Of a stretch of 60,600 bases of DNA, positions 47,280 to 56,943 are shown one piece after another (position 1 is the first letter of the stretch; every line of letters begins with the position of its first letter). Source of the stretch: a virus (lineage: Duplodnaviria > Caudoviricetes); the IMG/VR virus record IMGVR_UViG_3300016657_000065, positions 1 through 60,600 of that record, one strand, 5' to 3'. Under the pieces are notes generated by a model. The model was not told the origin of the DNA. It saw nothing but the letters and a program-made list of their open reading frames with translations, and did no database searches. A program made the translations under genes and the position numbers.

Positions 47280-49856
47280 TTACATACCGTGGATGCGAAC
47301 AAAATTCGACAGATCAATGGATCCACCCAGGTAGTAGTCAACCACCATCTTCAAGAACTTATACTGATAGATTGTTGCGTCTACCACGAATGTCCAAGGA
47401 TGGGGATGCACTTCAACAAAATACGGGTCAGGCTCTTGGCCGTCTTTCTTCGGATCGTACTGAATGAGCCATTCGTACGGTGTGCAGAGTTCTTTCACCA
47501 GGGCAGTGCTGTAGTGCTGCTTGAGACGATCATCCCACAACACACCAGACACTAGGTCAGCCAGAATGCGACTGATGAAAGGACTGACTACCGGATACTT
47601 AGCTGGAATCGCAGAGGGTGAATCGATCTCCATCTCAGGACTCTTCAGCGTCATGTACTGGGAGATAGATTTATCGATCATCCGACTACGCTCCCGCATT
47701 TCCAGCGTCTTACCTAGAGTAAGGTTCCGGAAAGGCACCAGTAGATCCTGCACGATATATGGCGCACCATTGGTCGCATCGATAGGGCGAACTGCTAGAT
47801 CACTTTCTGCAAACAACAATTCACTCTTGTCGTAAATGTAACCATCAACAGAAATGTGTTGAATTCGATCATCCCGCAGATCGTAACGGTTGTTCTTAGA
47901 AAGTACGCCATGTTGAATAAAGCCATAGTCAGTAGGCGGCTCCATTTGGAAGGCACTGTCGCAGAAACCCGTACACCGCACCGCGATGCTTTGTGCTTGT
48001 TTGTCGGCTTTTACCAGATACTTCTTATTGGTAATCACCACCGTCGGAAACTTGATATAGTAATCAAGGTTTTGAATTAGCTTACGGCCATTCAAAAACA
48101 ATTCCAACGTACCCATCGGCACTTGCATCGTTTGCGTAGCAATTTGGTTATTGCGCAATACTTTCTGCGTGAGATCAAACTTAAGCAGACCGTTACTTAC
48201 TGACAGTTGCAACTGATAGGCCAAGTTCATGGCATTGCTGCGGACCATGGTGTACGTTTTAGTCGGATCGACAGCCCAGGTGAGTACGTTGTTAGCGGAG
48301 ATAACATACATCCCACCATTACCCGTCACATCCCGCCATTTGTTATTGGGTACCCCATCAACAATATCGCAAACATACATGCGATAATCGATAGCTGGAT
48401 CCAATACCACTTGCATGGCACCGTAGGTTTCATCGATACGACTGTCAGACAGACCTACAATCTGCTCTACGATATCAGTCAGTTCATTCCGAGTGGTATA
48501 CTTGGCACTGTTGATGTGCGGGTACCATCCCAACAACTTACCAGCCGCATCGTATTCGTACGCCGTAGAGTTCTTGCGCAAAGCATAGGGAACATCAACT
48601 ACATGTAACAAAGACTCTACTCGTGTCTTAGATGGCGTTTTACCGATCAAATAAGCAATGGCATTGTAACCATAGGCATTTTCAACCATCGCTTGTGGCA
48701 ATTGCATCACATCACTACGCATGATTTCAGCGTAAGTGCTTTGCTCCAGTACGTCAGCGCGCCAGTTCGGAACGACCGAGTTGATACCCAGCATGGCATT
48801 ACGGATGTCCTCATCGTCGAGTTTGTACAACTCGTTAATGCGGTTGTTCTCTGGTACCAAAGTACGATTCCAGCCACCCTTACGGATATAAGCAATTATC
48901 TGTAGATTGGTCGAGTTATTCCATCCCTCTTGGTAATTCGCAAATGCCAATAGCGTCTGCACAGACATGGAGTAGTCGCGATGCGTAACCATGCGAATAG
49001 ACGAATCATCATTGCGGTGGAAATAAATCCCCTTATGTCGATTGTTGGTGGTAGGCTTTACCAGATAGAAATCAATGTCATCATGGTAATCAATGTCATC
49101 AGAAGCAACTCCAGCATAGTGGAGTAGGAACTTACGCTTCTTATCTAACAGACTGTCAAAGGTACGTAGATCAGCCACATCGAATACGATAGTGCGCAGA
49201 ACGCTACTATCGTAAATGATTTCTACCACATCTGAAGGTGCCACCGACAGCAAGTCAATCTTGTTAGTGTGATAACCGTTAACATATGCCCAAACAGCAC
49301 CCGGTCGATTCAGATAACTTTCATACTGAACCTGAAGTGCTAGTATTTCGGTGTTGTTACGCGGAATCCCACTTACTACGTCAATTACCATCTCATCTGG
49401 ATTGTAACGCTGTGCATTATAGAACGCATTACTATAAACCCGGATATAAAGATCTTCATCGCGTAGATTGAAGTTGATCTTCTTTTGTTCCTTTACCGCA
49501 ATCACCAGGTTGTTGTCTGGTGTTACCATGTAGTAGGATTGGAACCGTGGCAGTTGAATACCCTTCTCACTGTAAATGTCGACCATCAAGTTATTGGCCT
49601 TACAGGTTTCAGAGAACGGAATCCATTGGCCACTGGTATCCAGTAGTCCCATTAAGCTGGGACGCAGTTGACCAATCTGGTAAACGTAATAGCGTTCCTT
49701 CTGAGTAGGTAGCTTATACGTCGACCACATGATCTTGGCTTTATTCCACACACCATCCCGAGGACAGATGCGAGCAGGTTTAATCCGTGCTTGTTGATCC
49801 ATCCTCGGAGCACACCAAACGTGCTGTAGTGCATGGTTAATCAAAAATGTTGACAT
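47280..49856 (-). CDS. Virion structural protein (phiKZ gp27-like, probably baseplate)
   Basis: 858 aa; N-terminal HVWCAPRMDQQ; synteny. Confidence 0.65.
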   Translation of the reverse strand: MSTFLINHALQHVWCAPRMDQQARIKPARICPRDGVWNKAKIMWSTYKLPTQKERYYVYQIGQLRPSLMGLLDTSGQWIPFSETCKANNLMVDIYSEKGIQLPRFQSYYMVTPDNNLVIAVKEQKKINFNLRDEDLYIRVYSNAFYNAQRYNPDEMVIDVVSGIPRNNTEILALQVQYESYLNRPGAVWAYVNGYHTNKIDLLSVAPSDVVEIIYDSSVLRTIVFDVADLRTFDSLLDKKRKFLLHYAGVASDDIDYHDDIDFYLVKPTTNNRHKGIYFHRNDDSSIRMVTHRDYSMSVQTLLAFANYQEGWNNSTNLQIIAYIRKGGWNRTLVPENNRINELYKLDDEDIRNAMLGINSVVPNWRADVLEQSTYAEIMRSDVMQLPQAMVENAYGYNAIAYLIGKTPSKTRVESLLHVVDVPYALRKNSTAYEYDAAGKLLGWYPHINSAKYTTRNELTDIVEQIVGLSDSRIDETYGAMQVVLDPAIDYRMYVCDIVDGVPNNKWRDVTGNGGMYVISANNVLTWAVDPTKTYTMVRSNAMNLAYQLQLSVSNGLLKFDLTQKVLRNNQIATQTMQVPMGTLELFLNGRKLIQNLDYYIKFPTVVITNKKYLVKADKQAQSIAVRCTGFCDSAFQMEPPTDYGFIQHGVLSKNNRYDLRDDRIQHISVDGYIYDKSELLFAESDLAVRPIDATNGAPYIVQDLLVPFRNLTLGKTLEMRERSRMIDKSISQYMTLKSPEMEIDSPSAIPAKYPVVSPFISRILADLVSGVLWDDRLKQHYSTALVKELCTPYEWLIQYDPKKDGQEPDPYFVEVHPHPWTFVVDATIYQYKFLKMVVDYYLGGSIDLSNFVRIHGM

Positions 49857-49876
49857 GCGCCAACTCCCTTAGTCTG

Positions 49877-50809
49877 TTAGTTATCGTTGGCAATAACGTG
49901 AGACAGAGACGACAGTAGCACTTTGGCTTCTTGTGCATTCAGGCGTTCTGCAATCTTGGCGATACCAGCATTGCGATAGCTCTTTTCAGTCAGAGCCGTA
50001 GACAGGATCGTCAGGAATGCCGGCGGGTATTCCAGCGCCACGGCTGTCATTTCACGAGCGTTAGTACCAAACCAAGTACCACCAACGATAGCGAACATTA
50101 CACCAGGGTTGAAGTCTTTCAGGCGGATGCTACCAGTAACTTCATATGCCAGACCGCAGAAATCGCTAATGCCAGAAATCGGCAGGGACAGTTGCAATCG
50201 GTCTACGAATTCAAATACTTCAGTAGCCTGTACACGAACAGCACGTGCCACAGTAGCAACTAGGCCATTGTATTCGCGTTCAGTCATTTCTTCATTGTCG
50301 CCAGTATCACTGAACAGGCCTTGGTAATACAGCGCAGCCAAAATAGCCAGATCCAGCTGTTCACGCGGGGTAAGCGCAAAACGACGAGAGATGTTTTCAC
50401 TTATCCAGCTAGCAAAAACGGAAGTCGCAGCTGGGGAAATATCGCGCATTTGGCGACGCTTACCACCAACCCAGGCAGAAGTCAAATCGCCGTAACGAAC
50501 CGTGGTCAGATACTCTGTTACATTCTTAACAGAAGTGGCGCCATTACGGGCTTCAAAACGAACAAACGGACGGCAATCGACAATAGCCATCTCCTGGCCA
50601 TTCATTACCTTTTCCATGACCGGATGGATAAATGCAGGGATGGTAACTGATTCGTCAAGAGAATCAATAACCAGAGTACGCTGGTTGTTACCTACTTCTG
50701 GATAGCTGTAGCGCTGATTAATGATAGCACGTTTGATGCCTTCATTGAGCTTGTCCAGAACAAAGCCATTGCAGGCCAGAGTATCGTATGCAGTACGGAA
50801 ACGCGACAT
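49877..50809 (-). CDS. Virion-associated protein (phiKZ gp28-like)
   Basis: 310 aa; FRTAYDT and VALEYPP motifs; synteny. Confidence 0.6.
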   Translation of the reverse strand: MSRFRTAYDTLACNGFVLDKLNEGIKRAIINQRYSYPEVGNNQRTLVIDSLDESVTIPAFIHPVMEKVMNGQEMAIVDCRPFVRFEARNGATSVKNVTEYLTTVRYGDLTSAWVGGKRRQMRDISPAATSVFASWISENISRRFALTPREQLDLAILAALYYQGLFSDTGDNEEMTEREYNGLVATVARAVRVQATEVFEFVDRLQLSLPISGISDFCGLAYEVTGSIRLKDFNPGVMFAIVGGTWFGTNAREMTAVALEYPPAFLTILSTALTEKSYRNAGIAKIAERLNAQEAKVLLSSLSHVIANDN

Positions 50810-51026
50810 TTGTAAAATTCCTTAATTTGATTTTTTCTTACCCGCTCTTTCAATAGTAAATACTATTTAATGAAGCGGTATTTTTAAGTGATAGTTATGA
50901 CTGCCTGCTCACCCCTTATGTGGTAAGTGTGTGCGCAGCCGTAACTCTCTTTTCCTGCAACTGTGGGCCGCTCGAGAAATTACACCTCTCGATCGACCAT
51001 ACCATTCATCATAAGGACGGTGAGCC

Positions 51027-53117
51027 ATGAGTTTTTTTAACGGCGCTCCTATGACGCGGTTCTTGGGTGTGAACGATCAGAGCACCCGCCCGCCGGTCAT
51101 TGATCCCGAAGCCATTCCGACGCACCTGCCGAAGATTTACATCTTCGCGAAGGAAGGCCCCACTACTCCGCAGCTGGCTGTTGGCGACAGTCGCTCGCAG
51201 ATGTACAGTACCGATTCGTTTGATCTGCGTAGCAAATACGCAAACCATGCGACTGTGCTGGCAAACACCATCAATGAAAAAGGCAACTTCGCGATGTATC
51301 AGCGCGTTGTGCCTGACGATGCTGGTCCGCGTGCTAACCTGCGCTTGTCTCTGGATGTACTTGAAACGCAAGTTGATGACTATCAGCGTAATGCCGATGG
51401 TACTATTGCTTACGATAACGTAGGTAATCCGATCAAGCTCGGTACCAAAATCGCTGGCTTTAAAGCTAAGTGGGTAGTTGAACACATTGGCTTTGATCCG
51501 AACACTGGCTCGCTTTTTGGCCAAGGTTCTGAAATGCCGGGCGACCAAGTTGATGCTGCTACTAGCACGCAGTCTCGTCGCTTCCCGATGTTCGACTTCG
51601 AAGTATCTCACGTAGGCGCCTATGGTAACGACGTGGGCCTGCGCATTTGGGCACCGACTACCAAGAGCAACCAGCCGGTTGACTCGCTGTTCGTGCAGCG
51701 TGAAAAGGCTTATCCGTTCCGCATGGCATGTATTCGCCGTGCTGACCCGACTAGCACCGCCACTATCGTGTCCACCAACTATGCCGAACAGTACGTTGAA
51801 GTGTGCCTGAAGCCTGGTTCGCTGAATCGCCAGACTGAAAAAGAAATGTACGTAGGTACCGAATTCATTCCGGCCTACCAGCAACTGAAAGCCACTGATG
51901 GCACTCCGCCGAAGTGGGGTCCGTTCGGCCAGATCCACGTTTACGAAGATAACGTGGAAACCCTGCTGAACCGTTTCTACGCCGCTGAAATGCCGTACAC
52001 TGATGTGACCGGCGACTTCACTGGTGAAGCTGAAGAAGCTTTCCGCTTTAACATCTTCTCCGGTACTCACAGCAACGGCAACCAGTACCATAGCTTCCAA
52101 ATGGTTTACGATTCTGCCAACTCGATCCGTCTTGGCGAAATCACCAACCTGTTTGCTACTGGTGGTTCCGATGGTACCATGAACGACGACGTGTTCGCCG
52201 AACTGGTGGCTCGTGAAGTTAGCGAATACGCTAACCCGAACAGCCCGCTGATGGATGATGCATTCTATCCGGAATCCATCATTTACGACTCCGGCTTCCC
52301 GCTGGAAACCAAGTATGCCATGATCAACTTCATTGCGATCCGTAAGGATACCGCAGTGGTGCTGTCTACCCATACTGTCGGCGGTAAAGTCCTGACTGCC
52401 TCGGAAGAGAGCGCTCTGGCTATCGGTCTGCGTACTCGTGTACAGATGTTCCCGGAATCGTCCTACTACGGCACTTCCACTCTGCGTGGTGTGATCGTTG
52501 GTCGTTCTGGCGTACTGATCAATAGTCAGTACCGCAAACGTCTGCCGCTGACCATCGAACTGGCTTCGAAGGCTGCTGATTACATGGGCGCTGCTAATGG
52601 CTCCTGGAAGTCGGGCTTCTCGTTTGACCGTGCCCCGAACAACCAGATCCGTATGTTCTCGGATGTCAACGTGACTTACACGCCGGCAGCCGTTCGTAAC
52701 AAGGACTGGGACAACGGCCTGGTATGGGTGGAATCGTACGACCGTCGTGCTCTGTACTTCCCTGCACTGCGCAGCGTGTACAACAACGACAGCTCCATCC
52801 TGACCAGCTTCTTCAACATGATGATCTGCGTAGAACTGCAAAAGGTTGGTGCTCGTGCTCACCGTGAATTTACCGGTAGCGACACCCTGACCAATGCTCA
52901 GCTGATCAACGAAGTTGAGAAGTTCATCACCGACAAGACCACTGGTCGTTTCGATGGTCGTGTGGTTGTTGAACCGGATGTCACCATTACTGCAGCCGAT
53001 GCCGCTCGCGGCTTCTCCTGGACTTCGGTAATCCGCATGTACGGTCCGAACATGAAAACTGTTCAGACCCTCACTGTGGAAGCCCGTCGTCTGGATGATC
53101 TGGTGGCTGCTGCTTAA
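51027..53117 (+). CDS. Contractile tail sheath protein
   Basis: 696 aa; IPTHLP..YIFAKEGP, YDSGFPLETK, LRSVYNNDSSIL; high-expression codon bias. Confidence 0.85.
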   Translation: MSFFNGAPMTRFLGVNDQSTRPPVIDPEAIPTHLPKIYIFAKEGPTTPQLAVGDSRSQMYSTDSFDLRSKYANHATVLANTINEKGNFAMYQRVVPDDAGPRANLRLSLDVLETQVDDYQRNADGTIAYDNVGNPIKLGTKIAGFKAKWVVEHIGFDPNTGSLFGQGSEMPGDQVDAATSTQSRRFPMFDFEVSHVGAYGNDVGLRIWAPTTKSNQPVDSLFVQREKAYPFRMACIRRADPTSTATIVSTNYAEQYVEVCLKPGSLNRQTEKEMYVGTEFIPAYQQLKATDGTPPKWGPFGQIHVYEDNVETLLNRFYAAEMPYTDVTGDFTGEAEEAFRFNIFSGTHSNGNQYHSFQMVYDSANSIRLGEITNLFATGGSDGTMNDDVFAELVAREVSEYANPNSPLMDDAFYPESIIYDSGFPLETKYAMINFIAIRKDTAVVLSTHTVGGKVLTASEESALAIGLRTRVQMFPESSYYGTSTLRGVIVGRSGVLINSQYRKRLPLTIELASKAADYMGAANGSWKSGFSFDRAPNNQIRMFSDVNVTYTPAAVRNKDWDNGLVWVESYDRRALYFPALRSVYNNDSSILTSFFNMMICVELQKVGARAHREFTGSDTLTNAQLINEVEKFITDKTTGRFDGRVVVEPDVTITAADAARGFSWTSVIRMYGPNMKTVQTLTVEARRLDDLVAAA

Positions 53118-53178
53118 CGGCCTATTCCTAAACCTTTCAGCTAGTGCTACCTTCGGGTAGCATTAGTAGGAGAACACA

Positions 53179-54045
53179 ATGTCTTCTCGTGTTGCAAATG
53201 CCCTGATGGGCAACGTGGGTCCGCAAGTCGGTCACATGAACGCGACACTCAACCTCCAGTACGGTGGTATGCATGGCTATGCTCCGGTACTTGAGGAATG
53301 GGTGAATAACCAGCAGTACATTCGTCAGAACCTGATTCCGGTTCTGATCGATGCACCGAGTGGTTTCAAAGCACTGCCGAACTCCAGCGCCTGGCTGGGT
53401 ATTCTGAAAGCGCTGGTTGAACTGCATCCGCTGGCCATTACTGGTCTGCAAGGTGGCCTGGAAGTTGAATCGCAATCTACCCCGGTAGGTGGTGGTGGTC
53501 AACAGCAAGAAGATCCGACTGATGTTAAGGAAACTCAATCCAACATCAGCTTCCGTTGGAACGAGAAATACGGCATGCCGGTTAACCGTTTCCTCGACTC
53601 CTGGATCCGTCTGCTGATCAAAGACCCGAACTCCAAGTTCGCTGCGATCAATACCCTGAACGGCGTGAAACTGCCGGACATGCTGGCTGATCGTTACGCC
53701 ATGACCATGATGTTCATCGAACCCGATCCGACCCACACTCAAGTGGTGAAGGCTTGGCTCGTTGCCAACATGTGGCCGAAGTCCTCCGGTGAAGTTACTG
53801 GTCAGCATGACAAGACTGCTGCTGGTGAACCGGTGAACTACGACGTAGGCTTTGCTGGTATTTGCCAGACTGGCCTGGGCGTGAAGCAACTGGCTCAACG
53901 TATCCTCGACGGTATGAAGATTACTGGCGCTGATCCGTACAAGCGTGCAGCCTTCATTCAGGATATCAGTGCTGACGTACTGGCTCAGAGCAAAGGCTAC
54001 CAAAATAATTTGGAGCAAATCGCCGCTACTGGGGTGAGAGTTTAA
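53179..54045 (+). CDS. Tail tube protein
   Basis: 288 aa directly after the sheath; EKYGMPV, FIEPDP and NMWPKS motifs. Confidence 0.8.
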   Translation: MSSRVANALMGNVGPQVGHMNATLNLQYGGMHGYAPVLEEWVNNQQYIRQNLIPVLIDAPSGFKALPNSSAWLGILKALVELHPLAITGLQGGLEVESQSTPVGGGGQQQEDPTDVKETQSNISFRWNEKYGMPVNRFLDSWIRLLIKDPNSKFAAINTLNGVKLPDMLADRYAMTMMFIEPDPTHTQVVKAWLVANMWPKSSGEVTGQHDKTAAGEPVNYDVGFAGICQTGLGVKQLAQRILDGMKITGADPYKRAAFIQDISADVLAQSKGYQNNLEQIAATGVRV

Positions 54046-54051
54046 CTAAGG

Positions 54052-54101
54052 CGTCATAAGGCTAGAGAGAGGTTTCGGCCTCTCTCTAGCTATTTATGCC
54101 G
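54052..54101. terminator. Bidirectional hairpin flanked by CGTCATAA and TTATGCCG
   Basis: GCTAGAGAGAGG/CCTCTCTCTAGC stem. Confidence 0.8.
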
Positions 54102-54185
54102 TTATGGCAGGCATCGCAATATCGAGATTAGCGTTGAGCGGATCTACTGTACGTAGTCCCTTATCCTTCGGACTCATCGTTAACT

Positions 54186-54413
54186 TTAGGTAGTTTTCTC
54201 CACTTTGCTATTTGAATTGTCCAGATTTCGATCATTCCGATTGATAACCCCAACAGCAGAAGGTTTCACCCACATAACGACTCGCACTTTGCAACTGTCT
54301 ACATTGCAGAGTGGACCGTCTACATGTGCACAGCCAATCCGTTTATAGACCTCGCAGTGTTTTACGGGATCTTTGGTAGTGGTTTTAAAAATGGATTTAA
54401 TTCGACTAAACAT
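54186..54413 (-). CDS. Small Cys/His-rich protein
   Basis: HCEVYKRIGCAHVDGPLCNVDSC; start placed at MFSRIK. Confidence 0.55.
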   Translation of the reverse strand: MFSRIKSIFKTTTKDPVKHCEVYKRIGCAHVDGPLCNVDSCKVRVVMWVKPSAVGVINRNDRNLDNSNSKVEKTT

Positions 54414-54417
54414 GGTC

Positions 54418-54762
54418 TCACCAATCAGGGTCGTTTTTGAACGCGTTTCGTTCTCGCAGAATAAGAGCGATCGATAATGCTTCACAGATCACCAGTACCG
54501 CCCAGAAACCTAGCTGATATAGTAAATGGCGGTCAATACCAAGTACCGTATCGACTACCTGACTAATGGTCAACACAACCAACATAGAGGTCATATGCGG
54601 AAAGACGTAGTTAAAGAAACCACCACGCTTAACCTTAGCTGCCCGCTTAACTAGGATTGCTGGAACTCTACGAGGATCAATGAGGGAAACAATTCCTGCG
54701 CTCAACATTGCCGCACAATAAAACAAACACATAATCGCTATTACAAAAGTAAAAGCTTGCAT
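54418..54762 (-). CDS. Small membrane protein (about 3 TM)
   Basis: Three hydrophobic segments. Confidence 0.6.
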   Translation of the reverse strand: MQAFTFVIAIMCLFYCAAMLSAGIVSLIDPRRVPAILVKRAAKVKRGGFFNYVFPHMTSMLVVLTISQVVDTVLGIDRHLLYQLGFWAVLVICEALSIALILRERNAFKNDPDW

Positions 54763-54843
54763 GACCAATTTCCCCCAGAAACGCAAAAAAAAAATAATGT
54801 TGAGATTAAAGTGGGAGACGCCGAAGCGTCTCCCATAGGATTC

Positions 54844-55230
54844 TTAAGCAGCTACGGCTTCAGCAGCCGGAGCAGTTTTGTCAGACTTGGCTTCACTTGC
54901 TTTCATGGCCGCTTCGATGCGGTTAGCGATCATGCAGAAGTTGATGCACAGAGAAACCACCACGAAGATGGTGAAGAAGGTGATCGGAACGAAGAACAGT
55001 TTGGCAGCGAACAGGGTTGCGAAGATGATGCCGATGCTTTCAGATTGTTCTTTGGTAACGAGGAGTTCGGTGGTTTCGGAGTCGGTTGCAACATCAATCA
55101 GTTTCGATACGATTACAGCCGGTGCAGTGGCGATGAAAACCAGCACCATTTTGATGGCGGCGAGTACGACCAGCAGGCTGGCGATCGACAGGCCAAAGAC
55201 CGAAGTCAGGAAGTTGTTCATGTTGACCAT
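54844..55230 (-). CDS. Membrane protein, early
   Basis: 128 aa, hydrophobic, AGAGG SD, promoter motif upstream. Confidence 0.7.
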   Translation of the reverse strand: MVNMNNFLTSVFGLSIASLLVVLAAIKMVLVFIATAPAVIVSKLIDVATDSETTELLVTKEQSESIGIIFATLFAAKLFFVPITFFTIFVVVSLCINFCMIANRIEAAMKASEAKSDKTAPAAEAVAA

Positions 55231-55350
55231 GATAAATACCTCTTTATTGAGTTGGTTAGTTTGGTTATTAGGGACAGGTTAAAGGTTGATCGGATTAATG
55301 ATTGAACAACGCACCAGCCTAATAGCTGATACTCCTTTCTATTCACCCTA

Positions 55351-55374
55351 GTAATATGGGTTTGAAAATATTTA
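55351..55374 (-). promoter_or_regulatory. Early-type promoter motif, copy 6
   Basis: Minus strand TAAATATTTTCAAACCCATATTAC. Confidence 0.7.
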
Positions 55375-55438
55375 GAATCAATGTTTCGGACATACAGGAG
55401 AGGGGCGAACCCCTCTCCAGCACGACCCTGGAAGTTAC

Positions 55439-55903
55439 TTAGCTACCCAGCAGGCTGGTAGCGCGTTCGCGCAGCGCAGTCTTCACCAGCTTCAGCTGAC
55501 CGCGATTGCCGTCGGCGTAGACGTCGAACTGAGCTTGTACGGAGCCGTAGGTCACAACGCCTTCTTGACCCGGCAGCGGCTTGGTACGTTCCATGGAGAT
55601 CTTTACGGCATCCTTGCCAACGGTCGGCAGCGTGGCGTTCACACGGGTCAGGTCTTTGTTTGCTACGAAGGCATCGATGCCGGCATTGCCGACAGCATGA
55701 GTACCAGCGGCCACGAACAGTGCGTTGTAGTCGTTGATCTGGGCAACGGTCTCAGCAGTGATACCTTCCGGCAGGTTCTGCACGTACACGTTGTCTTTAC
55801 CTTCTTCGACCTTGTAGTCGACTTTGCCGGCTTCCTTGTCAACAGTTACGGAAGCAGCGATTTGCGCGGACAGAGACAGAACCTTGTCGTTGATTTCAGC
55901 CAT
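55439..55903 (-). CDS. Hypothetical protein, probably highly expressed
   Basis: 154 aa, strong codon bias, followed by a hairpin terminator. Confidence 0.75.
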   Translation of the reverse strand: MAEINDKVLSLSAQIAASVTVDKEAGKVDYKVEEGKDNVYVQNLPEGITAETVAQINDYNALFVAAGTHAVGNAGIDAFVANKDLTRVNATLPTVGKDAVKISMERTKPLPGQEGVVTYGSVQAQFDVYADGNRGQLKLVKTALRERATSLLGS

Positions 55904-55969
55904 GATATATTTCCCTTTTGAAACAGTTTGATGAAAAGTGTGGTGTGGTACTACTTCAGAAAAACTGGA

Positions 55970-56389
55970 TTACTTGAGCAAACTGAAGTCTTTGCGACGC
56001 TTGGCTTTCGGGTAGTTGGTGTGACGCACATTGAAGTGGTTCACCAACTTCTGGCCAGCATCGTGAACTTCATCAGCAGTCAAATGACGTTCAATGCGAG
56101 ACTTCTTCAGCATCACGCTAGAGATAATCTTCACATGTAGCGGCTTACCTTCAATGCCGATACCTTGCTGCATCAGACGGGTCAGATTCCTACGGCCATT
56201 CAGCGGCACGTACTTGTCGCCACGCTTGATGACCGCTACGTATACAGCATCGAGTTCAGGAACCGTTTCTTCGGTGCAAACGAACTCGGCCAATTCACTG
56301 GCCATGATACTGATGGTCTTGGCATTCTTGATCGTAGAGATCAGAACTTCGACACGATGGTCTTCGCCGTTAATCTTCACCTTATCCAT
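55970..56389 (-). CDS. Hypothetical protein, possible degenerate ParB/Srx-like fold
   Basis: VAVIKRGDKYVPLNGRRNL resembles the ParB/Srx V..Y.(I/L).DG.RR motif. Confidence 0.5.
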   Translation of the reverse strand: MDKVKINGEDHRVEVLISTIKNAKTISIMASELAEFVCTEETVPELDAVYVAVIKRGDKYVPLNGRRNLTRLMQQGIGIEGKPLHVKIISSVMLKKSRIERHLTADEVHDAGQKLVNHFNVRHTNYPKAKRRKDFSLLK

Positions 56390-56491
56390 TCGATTCCCTC
56401 TATTTGAAAGTTGGCACTACTGCATAGCCTAGTCTTCGCGATGTAAAAAAATACAAGCAAAGGAGCTAGTACTCTCAGAGTCTCCACATTA

Positions 56492-56516
56492 GTGATATGT
56501 ATCTGAAAGTTTTTTA
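56492..56516 (-). promoter_or_regulatory. Early-type promoter motif, copy 7
   Basis: Minus strand TAAAAAACTTTCAGATACATATCAC. Confidence 0.7.
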
Positions 56517-56524
56517 AATACAAC

Positions 56525-56815
56525 TTAACAGAAGCCTTCAGCGCACTTCTTGTAGCGATAGAGGCGTTGTGCCTTATCTTTGAGTGCATTAAAGCGGTAG
56601 TCGTTAGAAACCATCTGATACGGCTCTACCAAGTTGATGAGTTCATCAGTAGACTCTATCAGTTGTGCTACTTCTTCTTTACTGATGTTGTTACCCAGGC
56701 CTTGGCTGTAATCGATCAGTAATTGTTCTGCTTGCGATTCAAGCAAGTATAGCTCGCGATACACATTGCGATTATTGATAAGGATAGCCATGTTATTCAC
56801 CGTAATTGGACCCAT
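56525..56815 (-). CDS. Hypothetical protein
   Basis: 96-aa helical ORF downstream of the promoter motif. Confidence 0.55.
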   Translation of the reverse strand: MGPITVNNMAILINNRNVYRELYLLESQAEQLLIDYSQGLGNNISKEEVAQLIESTDELINLVEPYQMVSNDYRFNALKDKAQRLYRYKKCAEGFC

Positions 56816-56877
56816 TTAATTTTTTTACCTAATTAAAATAATACAGCATTATGTTTTTTTTGGTACTACTCATCATG

Positions 56878-56904
56878 GTAATATGTGTGTGAGATATTTT
56901 AAAA
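56878..56904 (-). promoter_or_regulatory. Early-type promoter motif, copy 8
   Basis: Minus strand TTTTAAAATATCTCACACACATATTAC. Confidence 0.7.
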
Positions 56905-56943
56905 CTTAACGGCATAAGGGGGGACCCGTAGGTCCCCCATATG

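Noticed and set aside
51009-54018. 617-aa and 293-aa minus-strand ORFs
   Set aside because: Antisense shadows of the tail sheath and tube genes
21748-54400. 12-mer AAATGGATTTAA at 21748, 34291 and 54389
   Set aside because: AT-rich, one copy lies inside a CDS, and contexts are inconsistent; cannot be separated from chance
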